Shown piece after piece: positions 9,470 to 18,546 of a stretch of 64,000 nt of DNA. Below the pieces are notes generated by a model. That model did no database searches. It worked only from the letters and a program-made list of their open reading frames with translations, and was not told the origin of the DNA. The position numbers and the translations under genes are program-made. Each line of letters begins with the position of its first letter. Position 1 is the stretch's first letter. The DNA is from an uncultured Collinsella sp. (GTDB lineage Bacteria; Actinomycetota; Coriobacteriia; Coriobacteriales; Coriobacteriaceae): positions 62,079 through 126,078 of the forward strand of contig CAKZUZ010000012.1 in NCBI GenBank assembly GCA_937922225.1. Reading direction: 5' to 3'.

Positions 9470-12400
9470 CTAATCCTCCTTCTTTGCTACGTTGCCGTTG
9501 CTCCAAACGTTATGGGCACGATCGCTGCCGTCGATCCATTTGTCGTTCACACGCGTGTTCGTGCAGGTGAACGTGGCATCGTTCGCGCTCGATGCAGACG
9601 AAATCGTCAGCTCGGCAGTTTTACCGGGCGCCTTGCCCGGCGTGCTCAGCTCACCCTGGTAGCGCCATGCCCAAGCCGTATCTTCCTCGACGGTATAGAT
9701 GCCAGCCGGAGCGGCGAACTGCACGCTGCCGACATAGCAAGTTTCACCGTTTTCGTCGCGCTGCTCGCTAACTTTCACCTCGACCATGCGCGTCTCGGCA
9801 GGAGAATCCTGCGACATCTTTCGCGTTACCTTAAAGCGGAACGTTTGCCCCATAGCGCTGACATCGGTCGTCTTTTTAACGATCGTCAGCGCATGAGTCT
9901 GGGCAAAGTTGAACACGGCTTTGCCGGGGCCCTGATCGCCCTCGCCCGTCTTCTTGGACTCCAGACGGTTGGCCAGGTCGAACGAGCCGTCACCCGAACC
10001 AAGGCTGTAGAGCGAGACAAACTTGCCGTTTACGGGCTCTTCCGCCACAGAAACACCCTCTGTACCAGGCCCGTAGCTTGCCCGCATTACCGTAACGGTC
10101 AGCCGCGTTCCCATAAACGGCTTGGCAAAGCAGACCTTAAACGGCGCCTTGTCGGCACTGTCATCGACGGTGTTGGCGGCGGCGGGATCGAGCAGCCACT
10201 TAAGCTGGGCGGTCATGGTTTCGGACTTCGCGGGATCAGACGTATCTTTGGCAACCACGCGATATGTAACGGGATACAGGTCCATGTCGCCCTTAATTGG
10301 CTCGTCCTTAAACACATCCCAAGGCTTCGTATCACCATCGGCGCCCACATATCGCCACTCCAAGAAGAGCTCACGCATATCGCCATTGGCGGCCGCACGC
10401 TCATCGAGCAGCGCGACGATCTTGGAATGGGCGTCCGGGTCGTATGCCACGGACTTTTGCTCCATCATGGGATTCCCGCTGTTGTCATAGACGGGGCGGC
10501 CGTTCTCATCCATTTTGGGAACATCAACCGTATAGACGAAGCCGGACTTGCCGTCCTGCGCACGCTCGTCACCCGAGTCGACCGTCGCCGTAAAGAGAAC
10601 CGACCCGTCGACACCGTGATAGCGCACCTTATGCGGCGCAATCTTGTACACCGCAGTGTACATCGCGCTCTTAAAGGGCTCATTGCCCTCGAGGGGATAC
10701 TTGTCGTCACCGGTCATCAGGGTGTACTTGTTATCGGATTCATAGTCACGCGACCAGCCGACAAAGTCGTACTTGGTGCCATCCTTGCCGACAACCTCAG
10801 TTGCAGCTTTTACCTCCAGCGAAATTTGATCACCAGAGTCGGTCCGCGAAAGATAACGCACAGAACCGGGGTCATCCAGATTGGCATCGATATTCGATTG
10901 AACACGCACCGCGCTGGCGCGGTAGACCGGATACAACTCCATGGGGGCCTTGACCACGGTGCTTTTATTCACCATGGAAACGTCGTCCGACCAAACGACA
11001 TAACCGTTGCCAGCTACCGGCTTAGTTTCCGTCCAGCCCACGAAGGCATTGTATGCGTTTGTTGCAGCATCGATATCGCCGACGTTATACGTTGGCAGCG
11101 GGATGCCGTCCTTAAGGCTGCCGAGAGAATCGCCCTGCTGGGCTACCTTACCGTCCACATCCCTGGCATTGAGATGGTACACAACCGCCAACGGCGAATA
11201 GTACGCCACAAATGTATAGGCCCCGCCGGGTTCCACCTGATGGGAATACGAGTTATCGCCGTTAGGTTCGATGTCTTCAACTTCGCCATTCGGAAGCTCG
11301 ATCTCAACCTTCTGCAACTTATACAGCTCACCGCCTGCTTTATAAACCGGAGTCGTGACGTCAGGGGTCACCGTTGCCGTAGCAGGGTCGGTGCCCGCGT
11401 TGATAACGGGATCGATGTCGTACCTAGGCACATTAACCTTGTCCGTGCCCTTAAAACCGGCGCGATACAGGTTGGTGGTGTACCTAACATCGTACTTCGC
11501 GTACACCGGATAGGCATCCTGCCACTGGGTGACCTTAAAATCTGGTTTCACCAGATACGGTTCGGCCTTATCCGGGTCAGAAGTGGTGAAGGAATCGCCC
11601 TCGACATCGTAGATATACTTCCAGACGTCAGAATCCCTCTGGACCTCGGCGGTCGAAATCCAGCCCAGGAACTTATAGCCCGGCACGGCCATGTCGGCAT
11701 CGGTCGGGGAAGCTTCGAGGGTCAGGGGGCTCTCATACGATCCCTTCTCACCATCTTCTGGCTTTTCGGCCACTTTAACCGACTTATTAACATGCGGGTA
11801 GTAATACGTGAACGTCGGATCCGCCCCGTTCACCTTGGTCTGCAGCAAGTTACTCTCATAGCGCCGCGTGGCAGTCCTCACGACATTATCGCCCTTGTTG
11901 TAGAAATTAACGTCCGTGGTAATCATCGCGCGAACGTAGTACTTCTTATCTGTACGCACCATGCTCTCGATGGGATTTTTCACATATGTCCAATATTCAC
12001 CATCGCGCTCAAGCGTCCAGAAATTCAGGCGATAGCGATCATTCACCGGTTTGACCGTTACGTTCAGCGAAGCCGAAGTCCAAGTATCGCTTAGCGTTGC
12101 AGCGCCTGGAAAATCGGTATCGGCATAGAGGTTTTTTAGAGTATCGGCTCCCGTATCGTTTTTAACGTTGTGCGAGTACGCGTTAAGGGGACTCACGACA
12201 AGGGTTTCCTTCGTGAAGCGCGTGCCACACGTTTCATAACTATCCTTTATACCGTGGTCAACATGCTCCGGACCCCAGTGGACGACGTTTTCACGCACGA
12301 AGGTACTACCGACGTTTTCCTCAAAGGGCGTTTGATAGCGATTCCAAACGGAACAAAGTAGCTTGCTGTCCGTAAACTCATGGTTGGTATAAGCCCGAAC

Positions 12401-14947
12401 GTAATAATCCACTCGGTACTCAAAGCGGGCGATGTAGGTATGCGGCGCGGTTAAATCGACATCGGCGGGGAGCGTATAGCTGGGGTCGCGGCTTACGCGC
12501 ACCTCGAGCGGGGCATCCTCGGTTCCCTTGTTTTCATACCAACCCAGGAAACGATAGCCGTCGGGCAGCTGGCCCTCCTCGGATATAGCTTTACCGGATA
12601 CGTCGAGCACCTGTACGGTATACGCGCTTGTGCCATCTTCTGCAGTCTCAACCTTAACGTCAGTTTTGCCCACACCGTCGCGCCGAGTCTGATCGTCGGT
12701 TGCATCCTGCTCATTGCCCTCAAACACCGTCATGATGTTCGACACATAGTCGGTGTACACCGGATAAAAATCGGTAGGGCCAAGCACAGTGATCTCGGTG
12801 CCGGCAGGATAGAACGCACCGGCGTTTTTTAACTCGGCAAGCTCAGGCGAGGTGATGGCCGCGTAACCGCCATGCATCCCGGCCTCGCCACTCGGCTGCG
12901 TCGTCCAACCGATAAAGGTGGCGCTGGCAGAAAGAGTGCCGCGGTCCGCAGGGGCAGCCGGCGTTAAACCGACGCCATAGCGGTACCAGTCCGTCGACTT
13001 GTCGTGCTCCTCGCCGCTCTGCCACGCGAGCGTCTCGCCCTTGACGTTATAGAACAGTACCTGCGCCTCGTACGAAGCAATAAACAGGTCGTTGCCCTTA
13101 AAGGCCTCGGCCCCCTTCGCGTTATCGGCGGTATAGCTCGACGTTATCTCGTGCGCTTCGTTCTTCTGGACCTGCTTGCCAGCCTTAACGGCATCGGCAT
13201 CGGTCTTGCCGTTAAACCAGGCGTTATCGGCATCGATACGGTTCACATTGACTCCGGGCTCACGGAACCAGCCCATAAAGCGGTAGCCGCCGTTGGCCTC
13301 GGTCAAACCCTCTGGCTTTGCGGAGGTATCCTGCCTAAACGTCACCGATGTATCGCCCTGGGCCAGGCCTTGGGCCGTTCCCGCCAGCACGGCGCTCACG
13401 GCAAAGGCGTACGGATCCGAGGTCGCCTGGTCTTTGCCAAGTTTGGTCTTCTCGATTGTCGCGGTGCCCGCACCGGGAAAATCGATCGTCGCCTTAACGC
13501 TTTGGCCATGCACGGGGATATTCAGCTTGTAATCCATCGCCCACTCATTGGTGTGCTGGCCACCCAGGGCATCGTCGTTGGCGGTCGAGCGCATGGTGCG
13601 GGCACAGAAGTCGTAGTCGTGCTCTTCCCATAGCTCACGCGTGATGTAGCGCTCGTCGTCCCACGGGCCATAGCCGTCGCCCTTAGTGGTACCGTCGCCG
13701 CCAAACGCGGGGATTTTCTTTTTAGCGGGATTACCCTGGCTATTGCCATTCAAGCTCACGCTCGGTTTAAAGTAGCACTCGGTGACCGTGGCATCATCCC
13801 TGTTGGCACGCGCGGCAATGCCGCCCAGGTTCACATCGTTTTGAATGATGGGGATCACGGCGATGGGATTGTACTGGCGCGAACTCAAATCGCCCGCAAA
13901 ATGGCTGCGGACGAGCTCGTTGCCCTCGGCGGTCAAAATTCGGCCCGCCAGGCCGCCTGTCCACGCACGCGTCACGGCGACGACGCCCACATATGACGCG
14001 GCATAGCTGTAGCACTGCGCCGTCGAGAAGCAGTCGATAATCTTGGCCTCGCCCGCCATGCAGCCCACAAAACCCGAGGCGTACACGTTGTTGCCGCCCA
14101 GGGCGCCAATTGCCACGTCGTACTTATTGGTGACGTCGGTCATGCCCTTCTCGGCAATCGAGCCGTCGTCCTTACGCGTCGGCGTCACGCGGCAGTACTC
14201 GATAGTCGAGTTCTTAACGTAGCCGGCAAACGCCGCCATATACAGACCCTCACCGCCGAGCGCCTGCACGCCCGAGGTCGCGTTGTTGACGGCACGGCCG
14301 CCACGGACCTCGCAGTTGTAGAGGGTGCAGCCGTCGAGCTCGCCGGCGATGAGACCGCCCTCAAAACCTGCGTTGGTAATGAGGTTGAGAGCATTGTTGG
14401 CGCAGGTCACGTGCAGCGTGCTCTCCATGACCATAACGTTTTCGAAGCGCGTTTTGACGGCCTTGCCCACGATAATGCCACCGCGGAAGTCCGCCCACAC
14501 GTTGGCGTCCTTGACCAGGAAGTTTTTGATGGTGGCACCGTTGGTCTCGGCAAAAAATCCCGTATCGCGCTCGGGGTCAAAAGCGTCTTTATCGTAGCTC
14601 AGGCCCTCAACGGTGTGGTTTTGACCATCGAACACGCCCTTAAACGGATGCTCCTTGTTGCCAAACGACAGATGCTTAACGGTGTGCGAGACAATGGTCT
14701 TCATGTCGTCATCATTAAGCACGATATCGTTATCGAGATAAACGCGCCAGCCGGACGTATCGCGCTCACGCGAAAGCGCCACGTACACCAAAAAGTCGTT
14801 CGCGTTTTTGATGTGGTATTCGTTTGTGTTCTCGGGCACGTCCTCGGCATGCACCACCGTTGGCAGCGCCATAACGCAGCAAAGGGCAATCGCTGCGACG
14901 GCAACCAGCCTGCTAAGCATGCCCCGGTTTATGTTCCTGATCTTCAT
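9470..14947 (-). CDS. Large secreted adhesin (beta-helix/GLUG-like N-terminus, repeated F-x-G-W B-repeat-like domains, C-terminal Ig-like domain), no wall anchor
   Basis: Signal peptide ..VVHA, PFKGVFDGQNHTV, multiple YRFxGW/FVGW repeats, and C-terminus WAWRY..FTCTNTR..WIDGSDRAHNVWSNG. Confidence 0.75.
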   Translation of the reverse strand: MKIRNINRGMLSRLVAVAAIALCCVMALPTVVHAEDVPENTNEYHIKNANDFLVYVALSRERDTSGWRVYLDNDIVLNDDDMKTIVSHTVKHLSFGNKEHPFKGVFDGQNHTVEGLSYDKDAFDPERDTGFFAETNGATIKNFLVKDANVWADFRGGIIVGKAVKTRFENVMVMESTLHVTCANNALNLITNAGFEGGLIAGELDGCTLYNCEVRGGRAVNNATSGVQALGGEGLYMAAFAGYVKNSTIEYCRVTPTRKDDGSIAEKGMTDVTNKYDVAIGALGGNNVYASGFVGCMAGEAKIIDCFSTAQCYSYAASYVGVVAVTRAWTGGLAGRILTAEGNELVRSHFAGDLSSRQYNPIAVIPIIQNDVNLGGIAARANRDDATVTECYFKPSVSLNGNSQGNPAKKKIPAFGGDGTTKGDGYGPWDDERYITRELWEEHDYDFCARTMRSTANDDALGGQHTNEWAMDYKLNIPVHGQSVKATIDFPGAGTATIEKTKLGKDQATSDPYAFAVSAVLAGTAQGLAQGDTSVTFRQDTSAKPEGLTEANGGYRFMGWFREPGVNVNRIDADNAWFNGKTDADAVKAGKQVQKNEAHEITSSYTADNAKGAEAFKGNDLFIASYEAQVLFYNVKGETLAWQSGEEHDKSTDWYRYGVGLTPAAPADRGTLSASATFIGWTTQPSGEAGMHGGYAAITSPELAELKNAGAFYPAGTEITVLGPTDFYPVYTDYVSNIMTVFEGNEQDATDDQTRRDGVGKTDVKVETAEDGTSAYTVQVLDVSGKAISEEGQLPDGYRFLGWYENKGTEDAPLEVRVSRDPSYTLPADVDLTAPHTYIARFEYRVDYYVRAYTNHEFTDSKLLCSVWNRYQTPFEENVGSTFVRENVVHWGPEHVDHGIKDSYETCGTRFTKETLVVSPLNAYSHNVKNDTGADTLKNLYADTDFPGAATLSDTWTSASLNVTVKPVNDRYRLNFWTLERDGEYWTYVKNPIESMVRTDKKYYVRAMITTDVNFYNKGDNVVRTATRRYESNLLQTKVNGADPTFTYYYPHVNKSVKVAEKPEDGEKGSYESPLTLEASPTDADMAVPGYKFLGWISTAEVQRDSDVWKYIYDVEGDSFTTSDPDKAEPYLVKPDFKVTQWQDAYPVYAKYDVRYTTNLYRAGFKGTDKVNVPRYDIDPVINAGTDPATATVTPDVTTPVYKAGGELYKLQKVEIELPNGEVEDIEPNGDNSYSHQVEPGGAYTFVAYYSPLAVVYHLNARDVDGKVAQQGDSLGSLKDGIPLPTYNVGDIDAATNAYNAFVGWTETKPVAGNGYVVWSDDVSMVNKSTVVKAPMELYPVYRASAVRVQSNIDANLDDPGSVRYLSRTDSGDQISLEVKAATEVVGKDGTKYDFVGWSRDYESDNKYTLMTGDDKYPLEGNEPFKSAMYTAVYKIAPHKVRYHGVDGSVLFTATVDSGDERAQDGKSGFVYTVDVPKMDENGRPVYDNSGNPMMEQKSVAYDPDAHSKIVALLDERAAANGDMRELFLEWRYVGADGDTKPWDVFKDEPIKGDMDLYPVTYRVVAKDTSDPAKSETMTAQLKWLLDPAAANTVDDSADKAPFKVCFAKPFMGTRLTVTVMRASYGPGTEGVSVAEEPVNGKFVSLYSLGSGDGSFDLANRLESKKTGEGDQGPGKAVFNFAQTHALTIVKKTTDVSAMGQTFRFKVTRKMSQDSPAETRMVEVKVSEQRDENGETCYVGSVQFAAPAGIYTVEEDTAWAWRYQGELSTPGKAPGKTAELTISSASSANDATFTCTNTRVNDKWIDGSDRAHNVWSNGNVAKKED

Positions 14948-14950
14948 AGG

Positions 14951-15598
14951 CTAGTTCGCCTCCGGCCAACCCACAACGTCAAGTACGTCGAGGGCGGTAT
15001 CGCTTGTCTGCTGGTTTTTGGCCTGCACGGCCTGAACATCGATATCGAGCCTGAATGAGCCACCGCGCGCGGCATCATGGTAGTCGCCCACAAAACGCAG
15101 CGAGTCCATGAGGCTCTCCGTCATAGCATCGGGGTCGAGCACGCCGCCACGCCCGGTCAATCCACGGTAGTAGTACCACCCATCGCCGCCATCGATCCAC
15201 GGAGACCCCTCGCCCGCGTTCACATGAAACGCGACGTTGTCCGAGGCATCCGCGCTCGAACCGTCGGGCGCCACCGACGTCATGCGCAGGCGCGCGCGAA
15301 CGTACTCAGGCTGCGCGCCGACGTTCTCCACGCGCACAATGCGGCTGATGTCAGAACCCCCGGCCTTGGTGTCGGGATAGTCACCGTGCTCGTTGGGATC
15401 AAACGGAATCTCCTCGCCCTGCACGTTGAGGGTGTATTCGCAGACTCGTACCTTCACGCTGCCAAACGATAGGACGTTGTTCGCCGGAACCATATCAACG
15501 GTAAAAGCCAGCGTGCCGCACAGGCACGCCAGGGCCAACAGCGCCATCGCAGCAAGCGCCAAGGTGCGTTTCTGATTGTCGGAAAGATTATTGAGCAT
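14951..15598 (-). CDS. SipW-dependent signal peptide protein (minor TasA-like subunit)
   Basis: CGTLA|FTVDMVPANNVLSFG, VENVGAQPEYVRA, DGWYYY, DVQAVQ. Confidence 0.8.
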   Translation of the reverse strand: MLNNLSDNQKRTLALAAMALLALACLCGTLAFTVDMVPANNVLSFGSVKVRVCEYTLNVQGEEIPFDPNEHGDYPDTKAGGSDISRIVRVENVGAQPEYVRARLRMTSVAPDGSSADASDNVAFHVNAGEGSPWIDGGDGWYYYRGLTGRGGVLDPDAMTESLMDSLRFVGDYHDAARGGSFRLDIDVQAVQAKNQQTSDTALDVLDVVGWPEAN

Positions 15599-15618
15599 TA
15601 CGTTCGCCAGTCGTCGAT

Positions 15619-15679
15619 AAAAAGGGGGACCGAGATCCCAGCCCGAAAATGGGGATGGGGAGCGGGCCGGGATCTCGGT
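15619..15679 (-). terminator. Intra-operon hairpin with imperfect U-tract after the putative major pilin
   Basis: accgagatccc (15629-15639) pairs with gggatctcggt (15669-15679), with an inner gcccg/cgggc stem. CCCCC then TTTTT follow on the minus strand. Confidence 0.6.
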
Positions 15680-15688
15680 GGAGGGGGA

Positions 15689-16447
15689 TTAAGCCTGAGT
15701 CTTAGCCCATTCCTTGGCCTGCTTAAGGGCATTCTGCGCGTCAGCATTTTCACCCTGCTCGGTGCCATTCTGGCCCGCGCCAAAGATGTAGGCAGAGACC
15801 GTCATCGTGGGAGCCTGTTTCGGGTCAGTAGTAGTCTCGACAACATCGGTGTTGTTCATGGCAGAGGGAATCGTCACGGCAGTGAAAAGCTCATCGGTAT
15901 AAACGTCCTGCGCTGCTTTGTTGGCTTCGAGCTTTGCAGGCAGGTTCTCTGCGGCAGGGTTCTTGGAGTACATAAACAGACCGCTCACGTACTGGTTGCC
16001 AGAGTTGTCAGATTGGTTGGTCTTGACTTGACCCTCAACGGGCTTCCAATTCGTATTTTTGAGCGTAAAGTACGGGGTCTTTTCAAGGCTGGTGCCAGGC
16101 TTGACGATGGCATTCTTTACGTAAATGAATACGTATGCATCATCAGAGCCAGCCTTGATGCCGACATTGGGGTTCTTGGCCACAGTGGCGCCAGGAACCA
16201 TCTTGGAGTTGGCAACCCACTGGGTCTCGAACAGGTAGGCCTTTTCAGTGTTCGGATTATCGGGGGCCGGTTTCTCGGGATCGGTCGGATCAGGCTTGTT
16301 TTCCGGGTGGCCAAAGCTACCCACCGTGAACACGTTGTCAATGTGCTCCTGCGCCGTCAGCCATGCATAGGTACCCACGCCGGCAGCCAGCACCAACAGC
16401 AACAGGGCGGCAATGATGCCGTAGCGCTTTTTCTTCTTGTTTTCCAT
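15689..16447 (-). CDS. SipW-dependent signal peptide protein, putative major pilin (TasA/CalY-like)
   Basis: ATG at 16447 with SD AAAGGA. MENKKKKRYG..GVGTYA|WLTAQEHIDNVFTVG and KMVPGATVAKNPNV. Confidence 0.85.
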   Translation of the reverse strand: MENKKKKRYGIIAALLLLVLAAGVGTYAWLTAQEHIDNVFTVGSFGHPENKPDPTDPEKPAPDNPNTEKAYLFETQWVANSKMVPGATVAKNPNVGIKAGSDDAYVFIYVKNAIVKPGTSLEKTPYFTLKNTNWKPVEGQVKTNQSDNSGNQYVSGLFMYSKNPAAENLPAKLEANKAAQDVYTDELFTAVTIPSAMNNTDVVETTTDPKQAPTMTVSAYIFGAGQNGTEQGENADAQNALKQAKEWAKTQA

Positions 16448-16517
16448 CGTTCTCTTCCTTTCGAGAATCGTTTTCCCCGGCAACGGCCCCTACCGCCGCC
16501 GACGCTTTTCCCTGCCG

Positions 16518-17075
16518 CTATGAACGCCGCTCCCTCGCATGCACGCGGGTATGCTTGCCCGCAGGCTCGTCGGGAACCATCCGATCGAGCACAATCGACG
16601 CCGCGGCCAGCAGCGCCAGAACGGCCACCACAACAAGCAAACCGGGCATCGTCGTGCAATATGCGTTAACGAAGCCCAGGTAAGGGACACAAAAAGAAAC
16701 AGTGCCGATAACACTCGAAAAAGGCGTCTGCTCGGCATCGTGCATGATGCTTCCGTCTGCATTTTTGTTCGCAATTCCCTGCGTGCCGATCATCTGCGCG
16801 GCAGGGTCGATCTCGTACACCTGGTGCGTCACCACGGCGCCGTCCGATCGGTAAAAGGTTGCATTGTCGCCCACGGTAATATCCGTTGGCTCAACCTGGC
16901 GGACAAACACCATGGAGCCAACGGGAAGATCGGGTTCCATAGAGCCCGAGAGCACAGCAAAGGGCATGTATCCAAATGCACGAGGAACAAAAGAAACAAC
17001 GGCAAGGGCTATGACAAGCGCGAACGCCAAGCTACTCAAAAGTGCAATAAATCGTTTGAGTCTACGCGCCGTCAA
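16518..17075 (-). CDS. sipW: Signal peptidase I, SipW/ER-type (S26B)
   Basis: AVLSGSMEP (catalytic Ser), VVTHQV (His), TQGIAN, and N- and C-terminal TM segments. Confidence 0.9.
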   Translation of the reverse strand: MTARRLKRFIALLSSLAFALVIALAVVSFVPRAFGYMPFAVLSGSMEPDLPVGSMVFVRQVEPTDITVGDNATFYRSDGAVVTHQVYEIDPAAQMIGTQGIANKNADGSIMHDAEQTPFSSVIGTVSFCVPYLGFVNAYCTTMPGLLVVVAVLALLAAASIVLDRMVPDEPAGKHTRVHARERRS

Positions 17076-17476
17076 AGTGATAATTCATCCCCCTTGAGGA
17101 CCTATTCGACCCATCCAAAGGTCAGCAAGTTTCAACAGGAACCGCAAGGCGCTTGAAAAGTGAGTCCGAAATAAGCCAATTTGGAATCTTTTCGTAATAA
17201 AAACATAGCGATGTGCTACACATTTTTCAATGTTTTGTCGCTAAATGCTACTAATTTTGGCGTAAGTGGTCATTTATCCCCAAATTGGTCTGCTTTATCC
17301 AATATCTGTGACTAACCCCCTACGCAACTTCCCCATAGAGGGATTATTTTTTGCGAAACTAAAATAATGGTACCCCCCCCCACATTAAAACAAATTGCTG
17401 GAAGTGTCCTTTATTTCCGACCCCTTTTACTGGAGTTTTATGACAGCCCCATGTAGTTCGCAGCCCATAACCCTCT

Positions 17477-17805
17477 GAAAACCGTGTCCCAGAATTCCCG
17501 TCCGGAGTGGGATGCGGCTTCCGCTTGTGCCCCCGTTGGGAAGCCGTATCCCGCTTCGATCACAAATTCCGGGTCGCACTTTCCGCCAAGACCCTCAACC
17601 GGAAACTTCATCCCATTTCTCGACCGAATGCTGGGATGTAGTTTCCACAGAGCCCTTCACCGGGAAACCGCATCCCATTCCAAAGGCAAATTCCGGGACG
17701 CAGCTTCCGCAACTCCACCCATCCGGAAATCCCATCCCACTCCGCACACATCCGGGCATAGAGCAATCAGCTTATTAGGCCTTCCATCAATAAAGGGGCG
17801 CCCTC
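17477..17805 (+). repeat. 62-bp-period array; right direct repeat of the SipW region
   Basis: Nine half-sites, colinear with 7793-8058 plus about one extra 62-bp unit, with an identical 36-bp end. Confidence 0.85.
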
Positions 17806-17883
17806 GTGTCACGAAAAAAGCCTCGAGAACTTCGAGGCTTTCACATTTGTATTGTTTTGCACGAAGGACCACGAACGGCGAAG

Positions 17884-18441
17884 CTACTCTCCCAGCACGG
17901 CCTTCTTGGCGGCTGCAGCCATGTTGTCCAGGTCTTCCTTGGTGGGATGGTCCTTCGCGGCAACCCAGTTGTCGAGCAGCATCTTAAATCGGGCGTTTTC
18001 GGGATCTTGCTCGAGCATTGCCTCGTAGCGCTGCTTAACCGCGGGACCCATCTTGCCCTGGCACATCGCCCAGCCTACAAGCTCGGCATCATTGGCCAAA
18101 TTGGAGGTCACGCGATCGATAATCTGCTGATAATAGCTCTGGTCGGCACCAAAGCCGCAGGTGCCAAACAGGAAGACGCGCTTACCGTGCAAGGCGGAGA
18201 GCAACGCCGCGACCGAAGGCGTGCACGCGCCCTTGTCGCACCAAAAACCGACGAGCACCGTGTCGGCCGCGCAGGCGCCCTGCGCCTCGAGCGCAACCTG
18301 ATCTGCGTCCGCATCGTCGCTCAACGCCGCGGCGTGGACAAACTCAACGCCCGCAGCCTGCAGAGCGCGCTTGATCGCCCCCGTAACCATCCTGGTATTA
18401 CCGCTCTTGCTGTTGACCACCATAGAGCATGTCATAGTCAC
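17884..18441 (-). CDS. Flavodoxin family protein (BilS-like)
   Basis: NSKSGNT FMN loop, VGFWCDKG, FLFGTCGFG, MCQGKM. Confidence 0.8.
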   Translation of the reverse strand: MTMTCSMVVNSKSGNTRMVTGAIKRALQAAGVEFVHAAALSDDADADQVALEAQGACAADTVLVGFWCDKGACTPSVAALLSALHGKRVFLFGTCGFGADQSYYQQIIDRVTSNLANDAELVGWAMCQGKMGPAVKQRYEAMLEQDPENARFKMLLDNWVAAKDHPTKEDLDNMAAAAKKAVLGE

Positions 18442-18546
18442 GTTGCCTCGTTTCCCCCGAAACTCGAGCCATTAATGCAATTTGTTAGAAGCATATCTTA
18501 GTACTAACGGCGCAGATGTAAACCATCTGCCGCTAATCGGTATTCC

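Noticed and set aside
17884..18441. Bilirubin reductase locus
   Set aside because: Only a BilS-like flavodoxin is present, with no adjacent BilR-type oxidoreductase.
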